A stretch of 64,000 bases of DNA from an uncultured bacterium (GTDB lineage Bacteria; Fidelibacterota; Marinisomatia; Marinisomatales; UBA1611), in assembly GCA_943788175.1 (NCBI GenBank), contig CALSPG010000006.1, forward strand, positions 256,316 through 320,315, given 5' to 3'. Position numbers and translations under genes: made by a program. Positions 31,940-41,847 of the stretch are shown here, in pieces; position 1 is the first letter of the stretch; each line of letters begins with the position of its first letter. The notes beneath the pieces were generated by a model. That model was given only the letters and a program-made list of their open reading frames with translations. It made no database searches and was not told where the DNA came from.

Positions 31940-33231
31940 ACATGAAAAAACAAACTCTAATTATAGCTTATGCATTTATAATGTGCTGCCTTTTTGGGCA
32001 AACTATGACAACATATACACTCTGCGAAGGTAATTTTCAGACTCCAAATGCTAGCCTATGGTCGATTAATTCCACAGGAAACTTGGATGGCCCTATTCAT
32101 TGGGATGAAAATTCAAATCCTCTTGGAGATACCGGACAATCATTAACAATTCATGATAATAAACTTTTTATTGTGATGAATAATTCCCACACAATTGAAG
32201 TAATGAATCTAGCAGGAGGTGCTCAATACTCTACCACAATCAACCTTCCCAGTGCTAGTCCAAGACATATGTTTGCTGAAGGTGAAAAAGGGTATGTCAC
32301 ATCCTGGGGCTTGAACGCAATCTTTATACTAAATTTAAACACCATGGAAGTAGTAGATACAATAGAGGTCAATGGAATGCCTGAACATATAATTAATTAC
32401 CAAGATTATTTGTATGTTTCTGTGCCTTCAAAAAGTGACTGGGCAACAAATGATCAAGTTTTAAAAATAAATAAATCAGATTATAGCATAGATTCTACTT
32501 TCACTGTAGAGCCTGGTCCAAAAATGATGGCGCTTGATGACTCATTATTATACATCACATCATCATCGTATGACAGTGATTGGAATGGTTATGCAGGAAT
32601 TACAAGTATAAACCTTTTTAATAATCAGGTTTTAAGATATAATGCTGGCCAGACATCTAGTTATGGCACAGATATTTTTAAATATCAGAATGAAATTTAT
32701 CATTTATTTGATGGGGGCGTTGTTCCATTAAATAATGACTTAACGTCTGATACGACTAGAAAAATTGGAAATTTCAGCTCTCTCCGTTCTGCATCCGCAT
32801 ATGGAGATCATTTATATTTTGGAATATCCGATTACGTCGCGCCGGATACAGTAATGGTAATAAATGGAAGTGGTGAATTGATGAATGATTATATTGTGGG
32901 TGCATTACCCGGATCATATGCGTTTTACACTTATACTCAAACATCAATTGAAAACCAAAGTATAATCCCAGAATATGCGTCCATGAAAAATTTTCCAAAC
33001 CCTTTTAATCCTCGTACAAGTATTCAATATACACTTAAAAAAACATCACCTTACAGATTATACATTTCTAATATTAATGGTAGGACTATTAAAGAATTTG
33101 AGATTCAAGATTATACTAGCGGAACAAAAAATATTTCTTGGGATGCTAGTTTATTTTCATCTGGAATATATTTTGCAATACTGGAGCAAGCAAATCAAAC
33201 TACAGTTTTGAAACTAAGTTTGATTAAATAA
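31936..33231 (+). CDS. Secreted YncE/DUF5074-like beta-propeller protein with a T9SS C-terminal sorting domain
   Basis: 431 aa. The ATGA start/stop overlap with the receptor gene indicates translational coupling. Has an N-terminal signal, a propeller-type start (CEGNFQTPNASLWSIN) and repeated blade-like segments. The C-terminus is FPNPFNPRTSIQYTL...GIYFAILE...KLSLIK (type-A CTD). Confidence 0.6.
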   Translation: MNMKKQTLIIAYAFIMCCLFGQTMTTYTLCEGNFQTPNASLWSINSTGNLDGPIHWDENSNPLGDTGQSLTIHDNKLFIVMNNSHTIEVMNLAGGAQYSTTINLPSASPRHMFAEGEKGYVTSWGLNAIFILNLNTMEVVDTIEVNGMPEHIINYQDYLYVSVPSKSDWATNDQVLKINKSDYSIDSTFTVEPGPKMMALDDSLLYITSSSYDSDWNGYAGITSINLFNNQVLRYNAGQTSSYGTDIFKYQNEIYHLFDGGVVPLNNDLTSDTTRKIGNFSSLRSASAYGDHLYFGISDYVAPDTVMVINGSGELMNDYIVGALPGSYAFYTYTQTSIENQSIIPEYASMKNFPNPFNPRTSIQYTLKKTSPYRLYISNINGRTIKEFEIQDYTSGTKNISWDASLFSSGIYFAILEQANQTTVLKLSLIK

Positions 33232-33252
33232 CTTGAACCCACTCATATATAT

Positions 33253-33293
33253 AAAGCCATATTTAAAGAAAAAATTTTCAATAATATGGCTTT
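33253..33293. terminator. Possible bidirectional stem-loop between convergent genes
   Basis: aaagccatat (33253-33262) is the perfect reverse complement of atatggcttt (33284-33293). There is an inner gaaaa/ttttc pairing. The flanking T-run is weak. Confidence 0.3.
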
Positions 33294-33386
33294 ATATCTT
33301 TAAAAATATGAAGAGTTCAACTTATGTAGAAAAAACAATTCTATAAGAGTGCTAAATAATATTCTTATGTTTTTAAAAAATTATAG

Positions 33387-34967
33387 TTAATTATAAAAAT
33401 TCCACATAATTGACAAAGAGGCTAGCCTACTTTCACTAGGAAAAAACTGGTTTAAAATAATAGGACTATCAAGATTACTTTTTCCAAGAAAATTGTAAGC
33501 AATATTTAGCATATTTATCATTTCGTACTTTATTTCTACATTTTTTACTGTTGATGTAATACTCAAACTAGGGACCCAAATATTTTTAAGTTTATCCTCC
33601 CCGGTAACTTTAACAGGGAATTTTTCTACAGGACTTAAAGCATAACCATATTGACGATTTAGATAACCATCTAGTGAAAAAACATAGCTCAAAGCCATTG
33701 CCTTTGAAAACAATTTCAAATCACCACTTATTTTAAGTTTCAGCCTGTCTCTAATTCCATCATGAACATATTTAATCGCCTTAGATTTATCGTAAGATAT
33801 GTCAAATATTAAATTTTTTGTAAAGGGATGATTAACATTAAATGACAGCCACAAATTTGTTCCATCGCTTGGCAATCCTTTATAATAGAAACTTCTACTT
33901 TCTTTATAAATTGCAAAATTAAATCCAAACCTAGTTTTATTAAATTGTAGCACATTTTTTAAATTTAATTGATCTTCGACTTCGAAAAAAAGAGAATCAA
34001 CCATAGCAATGTGGGCTGGTCTAATACTATGTTCTAAATTAAATGTGGTATGAATAGGCCCCATTACAAATTTAGATTTTACACTGGAAGTAAGCTCTAC
34101 TCTATCTTGATAGGGGATAAAACCAACACTGTATTTAGATTCTTTATTTTTTAAAAAGACTCCGAATGTTTTCCAATGATGCCTTTTGAAAGCTTCATAT
34201 CTCAAAGACCTATTATTTAATTCAAATATAAAACCAAAATTATAATTGGCATTTTTAATTAATAATAGCATACCATCAATTTTTGTTCTAGTTAAGTATC
34301 TTACCCCTGCGTAATCGGAGGAAGAATGAAAACTGTCTAGCCTTTGGAGGAAGTTGTGTATTTTTATTTCATATTCAAGACTATCATATTGAAGCTCATA
34401 TTTTATATTTGAAGATGTAATTCTGGAATCTAAGAAAGAGAGACTAGTTGAATCAAACAAACCATAATCTGAATTAAAGTTCCCAATAGATATTGTTATC
34501 TGATCATTTGGCCTTTTTACAAAATATGAACCAACATAGCTATATTGGATTGGCTTAATTAAACCTGAATTATTATTATACTGATTAAAATTACCTGCGA
34601 ATCTTTTCTTAAAAGCATGCAAATTTATAAATCCATTTTTTTTATAATATTTTATGCCTAAATCAAGGTTGTCTAAAAAATAATCACCCTGTACATAATC
34701 AAAATACGAACTAACGAGAGTAGAATCTTTTAGAGAAGAATCAGGTTCAGACCGGTTATAATATCTTTCAATTTGAGGACCATACATTGATGGGTAATTT
34801 GAGAATGTTCCATCAAAAAAAATCTCTCTTGCAGACCAGTCTTCATTCCATAAAATATCACCATCAATTCGTACGTGCCCTTGGTGCTTAGAATAATCGT
34901 AAAATATATTATCTATATCATTCGCAAATAAAATATTGACTATAAACGTAATAATAATCCTTAGCAT
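33387..34967 (-). CDS. Hypothetical outer-membrane beta-barrel-like protein
   Basis: 526 aa. Has a signal peptide (MLRIIITFIVNILFAN), pervasive alternating aromatic/polar strands and an aromatic C-terminus (MWNFYN). No family was recognised. Confidence 0.35.
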   Translation of the reverse strand: MLRIIITFIVNILFANDIDNIFYDYSKHQGHVRIDGDILWNEDWSAREIFFDGTFSNYPSMYGPQIERYYNRSEPDSSLKDSTLVSSYFDYVQGDYFLDNLDLGIKYYKKNGFINLHAFKKRFAGNFNQYNNNSGLIKPIQYSYVGSYFVKRPNDQITISIGNFNSDYGLFDSTSLSFLDSRITSSNIKYELQYDSLEYEIKIHNFLQRLDSFHSSSDYAGVRYLTRTKIDGMLLLIKNANYNFGFIFELNNRSLRYEAFKRHHWKTFGVFLKNKESKYSVGFIPYQDRVELTSSVKSKFVMGPIHTTFNLEHSIRPAHIAMVDSLFFEVEDQLNLKNVLQFNKTRFGFNFAIYKESRSFYYKGLPSDGTNLWLSFNVNHPFTKNLIFDISYDKSKAIKYVHDGIRDRLKLKISGDLKLFSKAMALSYVFSLDGYLNRQYGYALSPVEKFPVKVTGEDKLKNIWVPSLSITSTVKNVEIKYEMINMLNIAYNFLGKSNLDSPIILNQFFPSESRLASLSIMWNFYN

Positions 34968-35034
34968 ATAGATTAAATATATCTAAAATAAAAATATAAC
35001 ATTAATACGAAAAATAAGTTCAGAAATAAATACC

Positions 35035-35532
35035 ATGAATGTTCAAAAAGTTTCTTTTATAGAAGTATCCTATCACAATAATGATGATATAAGGATTTTA
35101 AATGCAATTTTGTCTAATTGGTTTAGTAATCCAAAAATACTCCATTTTACAGCGCCTAATCATCAATATCCTTTTAAAATCAGCAAATGGATTTCACTTT
35201 CATATGCAGACCAAGGTATCAGCACTTTTTGCCTAAAATTAGATAATTGGATTATAGGACACATTAGCATGAAGTTAAATATTGAAGAAAATTCAGCACA
35301 TCTATTTCATCTCATAATAGATGAAAAATATAGGAAAAAAGGATATGGAAAAAGCCTCGTAAAGTATGTTGAGCAAAAACTAATAGATAGAGGAGAATTT
35401 AACCGCTTGTCCTTAAACTGTGTAAAAAAAAATCAATCAGCACGAGCATTGTATCAATCTCTTGGCTTTTCTATAGTAAAAGAGAAAAAATATATTAAAA
35501 TGGTTAAAGATTTAAAGATGATAGAAGGGTAA
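35035..35532 (+). CDS. GNAT family N-acetyltransferase
   Basis: 165 aa. Acetyl-CoA binding motif A: IDEKYRKKGYGKSLV ... ARALYQSLGF. Confidence 0.8.
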   Translation: MNVQKVSFIEVSYHNNDDIRILNAILSNWFSNPKILHFTAPNHQYPFKISKWISLSYADQGISTFCLKLDNWIIGHISMKLNIEENSAHLFHLIIDEKYRKKGYGKSLVKYVEQKLIDRGEFNRLSLNCVKKNQSARALYQSLGFSIVKEKKYIKMVKDLKMIEG

Positions 35533-35568
35533 ATGAACCAAGAAGAGGCAATAAATATATTGATTAAT

Positions 35569-35991
35569 TTATTTTTTTAGTGGCTTAACAAACAGCTGGT
35601 GTACATGCCTTACTAATTCATAGCCATGTTCCTTCACAATTTCATCTTGAAGCTGCTCAAGCTTTTCATTATAGAATTCTATAATTTTCCCAGTCTCGAC
35701 GCAAATAATATGATCATGATGCTCTTCATCAGCTTTATGTTCATACAACGCCCTTCCATCGCCAAGTTCCATTTTTCTAACTAAATTATTTTTTACTAAA
35801 ACATCAATAGTGCGATAAACGGTTGCTCTAGAAACATTGATGGCATTTTTCTTTTTAATAATTAAATAAATTTCTTCGGCATCTCTATGTTCTTTAGACT
35901 TTCTAATTTCATCCCATATTATCTGTCTTTGCTGAGTGTAACGAAGCCCCTCAGTCTTAAGAATATTTTTGAGAATATTTATTTGATTCAT
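35569..35991 (-). CDS. fur: Fur family transcriptional regulator
   Basis: 140 aa. LRYTQQRQIIWDEI, a winged helix (VSRATVYRTIDVLVKNNLV) and a metal-site block HHDHIICVETGKIIEF. Confidence 0.8.
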   Translation of the reverse strand: MNQINILKNILKTEGLRYTQQRQIIWDEIRKSKEHRDAEEIYLIIKKKNAINVSRATVYRTIDVLVKNNLVRKMELGDGRALYEHKADEEHHDHIICVETGKIIEFYNEKLEQLQDEIVKEHGYELVRHVHQLFVKPLKK

Positions 35992-36046
35992 AATTTTTTA
36001 ATAAGATTTTGAAGCAATTTACAAGTTTTTATAAAAATATTTGAGT

Positions 36047-38215
36047 TTATATTTTTTTTAAATTTGCGAATTTTACAATAAGTTTTTTTCTGGTTCCATC
36101 ATTAAAAACTACCCCAACTCGTTGATTTTCTCCCGTTCCACTCAGAGCCATAATTTTTCCTGCTCCGAAGATAGAGTGTTCAACATTGTCGCCTACTTGA
36201 AAATCATCAAAATCAGTAACTGTCCTAACCATTTGGGTAAGGCCATCTTTCTTTCGTTTACCTGCTACAAATTTTCTTGTGACAGCAGAACTAAAACTAA
36301 TTCTGTCCAGCGCGTCTTCTGGTATTTCATTTATAAATCTACTTGGTAACCCGTTTACAGTCTCAGCACCCATCCTACGTCTGTTCGTCGCATATAGGAG
36401 ATAGACTTTTTCTTCAGCCCTCGTTAATGCGACATAAAATAATCTTCGCTCTTCTTCAAGCTCACTTTTATCATCCAGAGATCTAAATAAAGGGAATAGT
36501 CCTTCATCCATACCAGCTATAAATACGACAGGAAACTCAAGCCCTTTTGAAGAATGAATAGTCATTAGAGTAACTCGATTTTCAGTATCATTCCAGTTGT
36601 CAATATCTGTTTGAAGGGAAACGTTTTCTAAAAATGTACTTAGCTCAGAGTCTGGATTGCGGACGGAGAACTCTTCGATACTTGTTAAAAGTTCCGCAAC
36701 ATTATCAAATCTATCTTTTGCATCAGGTTCTTTAGATTCTTTGAAATGAGCTAGGATTCCAATTTCTTCAACTAAGCTCCTAGCTAATTCACTTGCACTT
36801 AGTTTTTTCCTTAGATCATGATATTTAATAATAATATTATAAAATTTAAAGAGCGCATCTGCCTGTTTGCCTCTTATCTCCATATCATTTGGATTTTTTA
36901 AAACATCAATGAATTCTATTTTATCTTTTTTTGCCTGCTCGACGCATTTATCAATCGTCTTAGCCCCAATTCCTCTTGCCGGGAAATTAATAATCCGCCT
37001 CAATGAAATTGTATCTTTTAAGTTCACAACCAGCCTGAGATAAGCTATCACATTTTTAACTTCTTTTCTTTCATAAAAGCGAACACTGCCAATAATATTA
37101 TAGGGGATCCCTTGCCTAATAAAACTTTCCTCTAATGCACGAGACTGTGCATTAGTCCTATATAAAACAGAAAATTTATTAAACGTTCTTTTATTTAGTT
37201 TAATTTCTTTTTCAATTGATGAGACGACAGCACTAGCCTCTTCTTGCTCATCAATGGTTTCGAGAAGCCCGAGTGTTTCTCCAGAACCATTTGCAGCAAC
37301 AAGATTTTTACTAGCTCTATTATCATTATGCATTACAACTGCAGTTGCAGCATTTAATATTTCTTGAGTTGATCGATAATTTTTCTCCAATTTAAAGACC
37401 TTGCATGAAGAAAATGTTTTTTCGAAATCTAAAATATTTGAGACGTCAGCTCCTCTCCAACCATAAATTGACTGGTCATCGTCTCCAACCACACAAATAT
37501 TTTCATGAGCACCGGCTAAACTAGTTAAAAATTGAAATTGAGCGCGATTAGTATCTTGGTATTCATCAACTAAAATATATTTCCATCTCTTTTGATACTT
37601 TTTTAAAACAGAGGGCTTTTTCTTAAAAATTTCAAGAGGAAAAGTCAATAAGTCATCAAAATCCAATGCATCATTCAATTTTAAATTTTTCTGATATTCT
37701 TTATATATTTTTGCTACAGTTTTCTCTAAAATAGTTTTAGCCTTACTTTCAAGCTCCTTAGAGTCCATCATTTTATTTTTAAAAAGACTAATTTGATTCC
37801 TTAATTGATTTGGTGTAATCAAGTTCTTAGATATTTCAAATGATTCATAGAGGACTTTTATTAAGTCAAGTTGATCTTTTACATCATAAATAGCAAAATG
37901 TCTGCTAAAACCTAGAACATCTATATCTTCTCTTAAAACTCTAGCACATATAGAATGAAAGGTTCCCATTGATAAATCAAGATCGCTAGTTTTAAGCAAT
38001 TTCAGCACTCTTTCTTTCATCTCTTTTGCAGCTTTGTTTGTGAATGTAACTGCTAAAATTTCTTCTGGCTTGAACAATCCCTCATTTACTAGATGATACA
38101 ATTTATGTGTTAATACTCTAGTTTTACCACTTCCTGCTCCAGCAAAAATCAATACTGGCCCACTAACTGCTTCGACAGCTTCTTTTTGTGTTTTGTTAAG
38201 TGCTTTTAAACTCAT
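36047..38215 (-). CDS. pcrA: ATP-dependent DNA helicase PcrA/UvrD (SF1)
   Basis: 722 aa. Walker A AGAGSGKTRVLTHK, motif II ILVDEYQDTN, and TIHSSKGLEFPVVFI ... LFYVALTRAEE. Confidence 0.9.
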   Translation of the reverse strand: MSLKALNKTQKEAVEAVSGPVLIFAGAGSGKTRVLTHKLYHLVNEGLFKPEEILAVTFTNKAAKEMKERVLKLLKTSDLDLSMGTFHSICARVLREDIDVLGFSRHFAIYDVKDQLDLIKVLYESFEISKNLITPNQLRNQISLFKNKMMDSKELESKAKTILEKTVAKIYKEYQKNLKLNDALDFDDLLTFPLEIFKKKPSVLKKYQKRWKYILVDEYQDTNRAQFQFLTSLAGAHENICVVGDDDQSIYGWRGADVSNILDFEKTFSSCKVFKLEKNYRSTQEILNAATAVVMHNDNRASKNLVAANGSGETLGLLETIDEQEEASAVVSSIEKEIKLNKRTFNKFSVLYRTNAQSRALEESFIRQGIPYNIIGSVRFYERKEVKNVIAYLRLVVNLKDTISLRRIINFPARGIGAKTIDKCVEQAKKDKIEFIDVLKNPNDMEIRGKQADALFKFYNIIIKYHDLRKKLSASELARSLVEEIGILAHFKESKEPDAKDRFDNVAELLTSIEEFSVRNPDSELSTFLENVSLQTDIDNWNDTENRVTLMTIHSSKGLEFPVVFIAGMDEGLFPLFRSLDDKSELEEERRLFYVALTRAEEKVYLLYATNRRRMGAETVNGLPSRFINEIPEDALDRISFSSAVTRKFVAGKRKKDGLTQMVRTVTDFDDFQVGDNVEHSIFGAGKIMALSGTGENQRVGVVFNDGTRKKLIVKFANLKKI

Positions 38216-39246
38216 AATCCTGTCCTTTGTCGTTTAACCTTTTTTCTTACACGCTGAAAGGCTCTTTTAGCCCGCTCATGCTCTTTCTCATTTTTTGAAA
38301 AGGTATGATAACCGTCTCCCTTTGCAACAAAATAAAAATAATTGTTTATTTGAGGATTTAAAGCAGCAAGCAAAGATTGCAAACCTGGAGAATTAATAGG
38401 GCCAGGAGGCAAACCTTTGTACATGTAGGTATTATATGGTGATTTGATTCTTAAATCTTTATTTAATAGTCTTCGTGGACCATCTTTAATTATATATTGA
38501 ACTGTAGGATCAGCCTGTAACTTCATTCCTTTTTTTAAACGGTTGTGATAAACCGCAGATATAATAGGTCTTTCAGAATCGTATATGGCTTCTCCTTCAA
38601 TTATTGAGGCGAGTGTAACAATTTCGACAGGTGTAAAACCTAACTTATCAGCTTTTAGAATATTTTCTTCATTCCAAAAAGAAAAATGTTCTTTTACCAG
38701 TCTTTTAATGATGGTTTTTTTATTTACTCCCTCAAAAAAATAATAGGTCTCAGGAAATAAGTAGCCCTCCAAAGTATTCGAATTAATATTTAAATCTTTG
38801 ATAAAACTTTCATTGTTAAGTAGTGTAATAACTTCATCATAATCAAATTTCATAACATCGGCAAGATGCCTAGAGACTTGTTTCATATTCCAGCCTTCTA
38901 AAAATGTAATTTTTTTTCTATCTGGCCGGCCAAAAGCTAAATTATTTATAATATCCTGATTAGTGTGCGTTCTATTAAATCCAAAGGTTCCAACTTGAAT
39001 CGATTTATCTAGACCTTTTAACTTTGTTACAAATTCAAATACCCACTGATTAGATATAATGTTTTTTTGGCTCATCATAGAAGATATAGCTGCCAATGAT
39101 TGCCCGTGACTAATTTTAAGTTTAATCACTTTTTCCATATTAGTTTGCGGCCAGTAGTTCAAAGTTAAAAATGCAGTGCATATGACTATTGAAAAACAAA
39201 CTAAAAAGTATGTGGTGATTAATTTTGGACTTCTTTCTACGCTCAT
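38212..39246 (-). CDS. mltG: Endolytic murein transglycosylase MltG (YceG-like)
   Basis: 344 aa. N-terminal TM, LASIIEGEA, and YNTYMYKGLPPGPINSPG. Confidence 0.9.
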   Translation of the reverse strand: MSVERSPKLITTYFLVCFSIVICTAFLTLNYWPQTNMEKVIKLKISHGQSLAAISSMMSQKNIISNQWVFEFVTKLKGLDKSIQVGTFGFNRTHTNQDIINNLAFGRPDRKKITFLEGWNMKQVSRHLADVMKFDYDEVITLLNNESFIKDLNINSNTLEGYLFPETYYFFEGVNKKTIIKRLVKEHFSFWNEENILKADKLGFTPVEIVTLASIIEGEAIYDSERPIISAVYHNRLKKGMKLQADPTVQYIIKDGPRRLLNKDLRIKSPYNTYMYKGLPPGPINSPGLQSLLAALNPQINNYFYFVAKGDGYHTFSKNEKEHERAKRAFQRVRKKVKRQRTGL

Positions 39247-39339
39247 TTAAAGGGGTGAAATTAGCTCCTCTTAAATGTGAGTGTCAATTTCGTTTATGAA
39301 AAATAAAAAATAAATAAAAAGACCTTTTGTTGCCATAAC

Positions 39340-39608
39340 ATGAATCGTAATTTTAGAGTCATGAGTAATTTATTTCACAATGGTAAGGACAGTTCAGATG
39401 ACCTCTTCGAAGGCTGGTCCTATTGCAAAGAGAATTATATCTTATTTGCTGTTGGAATAATTACCATAATTCTTGGTTATGTAATTATGGCTCTTGGGTG
39501 AGACTTATAGTTTCCAGAGTCTATCAGTTGCACCCGTTTTTCTTTTTATCAGGATATTTGATATTCATTCCTATTTCTTTGATTTATAAGAAAAACAAAC
39601 AGAAATAA
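39340..39608 (+). pseudogene. Small two-TM membrane protein (DUF3098-like) interrupted by two homopolymer-length frameshifts
   Basis: Frame 1 (39340..39501) reads MNRNFRVMSNLF...KENYILFAVGIITIILGYVIMALG*. The sequence continues sensibly only by shifting at GGG (about 39497) to give ..ETYSFQSLSVAPVF. A second shift at the T-run (about 39541-39546) gives ..LSGYLIFIPISLIYKKNKQK*. The family call is from memory of the pattern and is tentative. Confidence 0.4.
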
Positions 39609-39614
39609 AATTTT

Positions 39615-39688
<74 letters not shown>

Positions 39689-39695
39689 CACACAG

Positions 39696-39733
39696 AAAGC
39701 CTTGGTTTCACGAAAAGAAACTGAGGCTTTTTT
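39696..39733 (+). terminator. Rho-independent terminator after tRNA-Asp (element-borne)
   Basis: aaagccttggtttc-acgaaaa-gaaactgaggcttt followed by ttt. Confidence 0.7.
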
Positions 39734-39858
39734 ACTTTATATAGAAACAGAGATGTAGTTGGAAAAGCTATTAAGGATGGAGAATGTGTATAAACATTAG
39801 ATGTGCCTCATGCATAAACTTAAAATCACAAAAATGATTGCTACTATTAGGCATTACC

Positions 39859-41714
39859 ATGTCCCGCTCTAACTCGCCCCATGTTCCGCCTGCCCCAGCA
39901 GGTTCTAATGCCAAAAGCCCACGACGATATTTGGGTGTGTTTCGGTATAGCGGTCGGGCACTTGGGCTAGTATGGACTACGCATCGGGGACTAGCGCTGG
40001 CGATGATGGCGCTGGTATTGGCTGCGGGGTTGATGCCCGCTGTAGTTGCATGGCTGGGCAAAATGATTGTTGACACAGTAGTGCTGGCGGTAGAAACACA
40101 AGCGCCCGCAGACAGGCATTTGGCGATAATGTATGTCGTTGCTGAGGCAGGTGCAATCGGCTTACTAGCCGGATTCCAACGCGGTATCGCGGTGTGCGAG
40201 TCGCTATTGCGCGCCCTGCTGGGCCAACGAGTCAATGTAATGATCCTGGAAAAGGCTGGGACATTGTCGTTGGAGCAATTCGAAGATTCGGAGATATACG
40301 ACCGTATGACACAGGCGCGTCGCGAGGCATCTAGCCGCCCGCTGGCGTTGGTACGCAAAACTTTTGGGCTGATTCAAAACTCTATTTCTATAATTGCCTA
40401 CGGAGGATTGCTGATACAGTTTTCGCCTATTGCTGTGGTGGTGCTGTTTGTAGCGGCCCTGCCCGTCTTTTTTGCCGAAGCTCGTTTCTCGGGCGAGGCC
40501 TTTCGCCTGTTTACATGGCGTACCCCTGAGCGACGCGAGCAGCTGTACCTAGAGACCGTACTGGCCCGCGAAGATTACGCCAAAGAGGTCAAACTTTTTG
40601 GCCTGTCTTCAATGCTGCTCGGACGCTATAAGGCAATATTTAAAAAGTTATTCCGCGACGACCGTAACCTGACGTCTGCGCAAAGGTTTCTGGGGTTACG
40701 TACTGGGCCTATTGGGCACGTTGGCCTTTTATGGTGCCTACGGATGGATAGTTGTAGAGACAGTTGCAGGGGTATTAACCTTGGGTGGCATGACGATGTA
40801 TATCCTAGTATTCAAACAAGGTCAGGCCGCCATAACCGCTAGCCTATCGGCAATTGGCGGCATGTACGAAGACAACCTATACCTTTCGAACCTTTATGAA
40901 TTTCTTGAGGTTCCCGTTACAAAGGATACAGGCGGTGCCAGCTCGGGACCGATACCCTAAAGACGGCATTCGATTTGAGAACGTTGGATTCACTTACACA
41001 GGCGCCGATAGCCCTACCCTGCAAGGAATAAACCTGCACCTTCAACCTGGGCAAAAACTGGCGCTGGTCGGACACAATGGTTCGGGCAAAACAACACTGA
41101 TCAAATTAATGTCTCGGCTATACGAGCCTACCGAAGGCCTAATACTGTTCGAGGGCCGCGATCTGCAGGATTGGGATATCGCTGCGTTGCAAGACAAAAT
41201 TGGCGTTATATTCCAAGATTTTGTCCAGTACCAAATGAAAGTAGGTGAAAACATCGGTACCGGAGATGTCCAGAATTTCGATGCCCAAGACCGTTGGCAA
41301 GACGCTGCAACCAAAGGACTGGCTGCGGACTTTATCGAACGTATGCCTAACAGCTACCTAACTCAATTGGGTAGATGGTTCGCTGGTGGTCAAGAGTTGT
41401 CTGGCGGAGAATGGCAAAAAATAGCACTATCGCGCGCATTTATGCGCCGGTCGGCCAATGTCATAGTGCTGGATGAACCCACCAGTGCAATGGACGCGGA
41501 AGCTGAAGCCAAAATATTTGACCACTTCCGCCAAATCACCGAGGATCAAATGGCGATTCTAATCTCACATAGATTCTCGACTGTTCGTATGGCTGATCAA
41601 ATTGTAGTCTTAGAACACGGCCAAATACAAGAGCGCGGTACGCACGAAGAATTATTAGATGCCGAAGGCGAGTATGCACGGTTGTTCAAACTACAAGCCG
41701 CAGGGTATCAATAG
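39859..41714 (+). pseudogene. Fused TMD-NBD ABC exporter (MsbA/multidrug-type half transporter) carrying two +1 frameshifts
   Basis: Three ORF pieces lie in frames 1, 2 and 3: 39838..40842, 40712..40960 and 40854..41714. The sense is continuous across the shifts. At about 40677 it reads ...RDDRNLT | LRKGFWGYVLGLLGTLAFYGAYGWIV. At about 40957 it reads ...GPIP | KDGIRFENVGFTY. NBD motifs: Walker A GHNGSGKTT, signature LSGGEWQKIALSRA, Walker B VIVLDEPTSAMD and H-loop ILISHR. Confidence 0.8.
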
Positions 41715-41787
41715 GCTTGCACAATAAATAGTGTATGATTTCAGGCATGTGAGCAACAATCCTACCCTACAATATTTACTGAAACAT

Positions 41788-41816
41788 GTCGAGGGTTCGA
41801 GTCCCTTCGGTCCCGC
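41788..41816 (+). repeat. Direct repeat copy 2 (attR-like): orphan 3' fragment of tRNA-Asp
   Basis: gtcgagggttcgagtcccttcggtcccgc with no 5' half of a tRNA upstream. It is followed by the native terminator. Confidence 0.9.
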
Positions 41817-41821
41817 TTTCA

Positions 41822-41847
41822 AAAAACCCACCAACAGTTGGGTTTTT
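41822..41847. terminator. Bidirectional rho-independent terminator (displaced tRNA 3' end and convergent 1397-aa gene)
   Basis: aaaaaccca-ccaacagt-tgggttttt, flanked by an A-run and a T-run. It abuts the stop codon (41846-41848) of the minus-strand gene. Confidence 0.7.

Larger units (their letters stand above)
39690..41787 (+). mobile_element. tRNA-Asp-associated integrated element remnant (CIME-like; single cargo gene, no recombinase)
   Basis: 2.1 kb enclosed by a perfect 29-bp direct repeat of the tRNA 3' end. Spot counts of 60-nt lines give 53-62% GC, against about 30% for the flanks. No integrase or transposase ORF is present. Confidence 0.6.

Noticed and set aside
39771-40358. A 195-aa minus-strand ORF (and 41042..41314) inside the GC-rich island
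   Set aside because: It is antisense to an ABC exporter with clear motifs. GC-rich DNA yields long stop-free antisense frames, and the product is low-complexity (Ala/Ser/Arg/Pro-rich) with no motif.
39690-41787. The GC-rich segment as simple contamination or a chimeric join
   Set aside because: This is not fully excluded without reads. However, a chimera would not be expected to be framed by an exact 29-bp duplication of the adjacent tRNA 3' end, nor to have AT-rich host-like sequence resuming on both sides within one contig.
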